A stretch of 24,000 bases of DNA from an uncultured Rhizobiaceae bacterium (GTDB lineage: Bacteria; Pseudomonadota; Alphaproteobacteria; Reyranellales; Reyranellaceae): positions 24,115 through 48,114 of the forward strand of contig CAYTFW010000015.1 in assembly GCA_964437145.1 (NCBI GenBank), in the 5' to 3' direction. The position numbers were made by a program, and so were the translations under genes. The notes beneath the pieces were generated by a model. That model was given only the letters and a program-made list of their open reading frames with translations, was not told the origin of the DNA and did no database searches. This document shows, in pieces, positions 22,932 to 24,000 of the stretch (position 1 is the first letter of the stretch; every line of letters starts with the position of its first letter).

Positions 22932-23849
22932 ATGGCGGCATGGAATGAGCTGCTGAACGAAACCAAAGAAGCTGGCAGCACGCATGACATCATTCGTCGG
23001 CGCTATCTGAAGCGGCTCCACAACCTCACGAAACGCAATGTCATCCTGTACTACTCAGGATGGCTGCAAAAGCCGCAGCTCGCATCTCAGCCCGGTGTTC
23101 AGCTCGGGATTTCCGACGCCGATAAAAACGGCTTCATGTCGGTGATCCATAAACTTGATCGTAGCAAGGGCCTGGACCTGATCCTGCATACGCCCGGTGG
23201 CGACATGGCCGCCACCGAGTCGCTCGTCGACTATCTGCGAGCGATGTTCAACAACGATATCCGAGCGATCATCCCCCAACTCGCGATGTCGGGTGGCACG
23301 CTGATTTCGTTGTCTTGCCGTGAAATCGTCATGGGCAAAGAATCCAGCATAGGTCCGATTGACCCTCAGTTTGGCCGGATGGCGGCGACCGGTCTGTTGC
23401 AGGAATTTGATCGAATCCGAAAAGAGATCAAAGACGACGCGTCGGCCGCGCTCCTTTGGCAGCCTGTGTTGCGTCAAATAGAGCCGGGCTTCATCACCGA
23501 GTGCGAGAACGCCGTCGAGTGGGCACGCACGATGGCTGAGCGATTCTTGGTCACGAATATGTTGGCCAAAAAGCCGAACAAGGCTGCTAGAGCGAAAGCG
23601 ATTGTTGGCAAGCTAACTGAGAAGAAGACGACTAAGACCCATGGCCGACATATCGGCCTCGCTGAGGCAATATCGATTCTCGGCGACGCTGTTCGCCCCC
23701 TGGAAGAAGACCAGCGTCTCCAGGATGCAGTTCTGACGGTGCACCACGCCTGCCTAATCACGCTTGAGGCGACTCCGTGTTTCAAGTTGATCGAGAATCA
23801 CATTGGGCGTGCATACGCACAGATTATGCGCCAGCAGGTATTGCCCTAG
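22932..23849 (+). CDS. Clp-fold serine protease of the SDH (serine dehydrogenase proteinase, PF01972-like / S49-related) type
   Basis: 305 aa. ...RNVILYYSGWLQ..., ...LDLILHTPGGDMAATESLVDYLR... and ...IIPQLAMSGGTLISLSCREIVMGKESSIGPIDPQ... match the ClpP/SppA-fold active-site region. GC is much lower than the rest of the window. Confidence 0.78.
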   Translation: MAAWNELLNETKEAGSTHDIIRRRYLKRLHNLTKRNVILYYSGWLQKPQLASQPGVQLGISDADKNGFMSVIHKLDRSKGLDLILHTPGGDMAATESLVDYLRAMFNNDIRAIIPQLAMSGGTLISLSCREIVMGKESSIGPIDPQFGRMAATGLLQEFDRIRKEIKDDASAALLWQPVLRQIEPGFITECENAVEWARTMAERFLVTNMLAKKPNKAARAKAIVGKLTEKKTTKTHGRHIGLAEAISILGDAVRPLEEDQRLQDAVLTVHHACLITLEATPCFKLIENHIGRAYAQIMRQQVLP

Positions 23850-24000
23850 TCCTTGCTGTCCGTCTTCGCAGCCCAGCGAACCTTAGCCCCCGCGTGGGCT
23901 ATCTTGCGTCGCTCCTCTGGTGACAACGACAGAGCCCGAATCCTGCCACCCTTAAGCGCCCCCGAGCCGCCCTAGCGCCACCGCAGCCGGGTTCTTTCCA
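23846..24000 (-). pseudogene. Frameshifted 3' end of a small gene with a GRLGG-LKGG...LSPEER...VRW tail; the 5' part lies outside the window
   Basis: On the minus strand one frame reads ...GKNPAAVALGRLGGA* (stop at 23952-23954). The +1 frame continues ...LKGGRIRALSLSPEERRKIAHAGAKVRWAAKTDSKD* (stop at 23846-23848) and has no start codon of its own. A single extra g near 23956-23958 would explain the break. Confidence 0.3.

Larger units (their letters stand above)
19022..24000. mobile_element. Partial integrated mobile element (primase-helicase replication module, iterons, SRAP, low-GC cargo); boundaries not defined
   Basis: It opens with an AT-rich junction at 19022-19290. It then carries a Toprim gene and a RepA-like AAA gene joined by an overlapping stop/start, an iteron array, an SRAP gene and a sharp GC drop after ~22690. 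No integrase or att repeat is visible in the window. The left edge could lie further left (vapBC/SnoaL region), and the right edge is beyond 24000. Confidence 0.5.

Noticed and set aside
22932-23849. Clp-fold protease as a phage prohead maturation protease
   Set aside because: No portal, scaffold, capsid or terminase genes are adjacent. The N-terminal ...RNVILYYSGW... block looks like the stand-alone SDH-type family rather than a prohead protease. This cannot be fully excluded without a database search.

Overview
By eye this window is very GC-rich, roughly 70% in the core parts. It looks like chromosomal DNA of an alphaproteobacterium. That placement is an inference from efp-suhB synteny, CyaY, L31, several PF04392-type orphan solute-binding proteins and cyclase-TPR proteins.

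The left ~18 kb is mostly core or ordinary accessory genes:
- a VOC-protein fragment, efp and a suhB-like IMPase;
- a three-gene envelope module: a Pro-rich OmpA-like protein, a MotA/ExbB-like channel and a MotB-like coiled-coil protein;
- a PaaI thioesterase and a cyaY-ABCB exporter operon;
- a lower-GC islet carrying a long Fic protein;
- rpmE, two paralogous GNAT genes, two orphan SBPs, a class III cyclase-TPR protein, a YjbR-like protein and a vapBC-type TA pair.

From about 18.4 kb composition becomes patchy. There is a SnoaL-like gene with a truncated VOC gene, then an AT-rich divergent promoter region. After that comes the replication module of an integrated element: a Toprim/zinc-finger primase-like gene, a RepA-like AAA ATPase, an iteron-like repeat array with a G-rich palindrome, a small hypothetical gene and an SRAP peptidase. 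It ends in a clearly low-GC two-gene cargo cassette (59-aa ORF plus Clp-fold SDH-type serine protease) and a frameshifted gene remnant at the window edge. No integrase, tRNA, rRNA or CRISPR array was seen.

Three families of long GC-rich palindromic (REP-like) elements sit in intergenic gaps. Many long ORFs in the six-frame track are antisense or out-of-frame artefacts of high GC and were not called.

The most interesting candidates are the low-GC small-ORF/protease cassette, the AbiEi-like-Fic fusion islet, the non-flagellar MotAB-like module and the primase-helicase-iteron element. All functional assignments come from motif recognition by eye; no database search was run.
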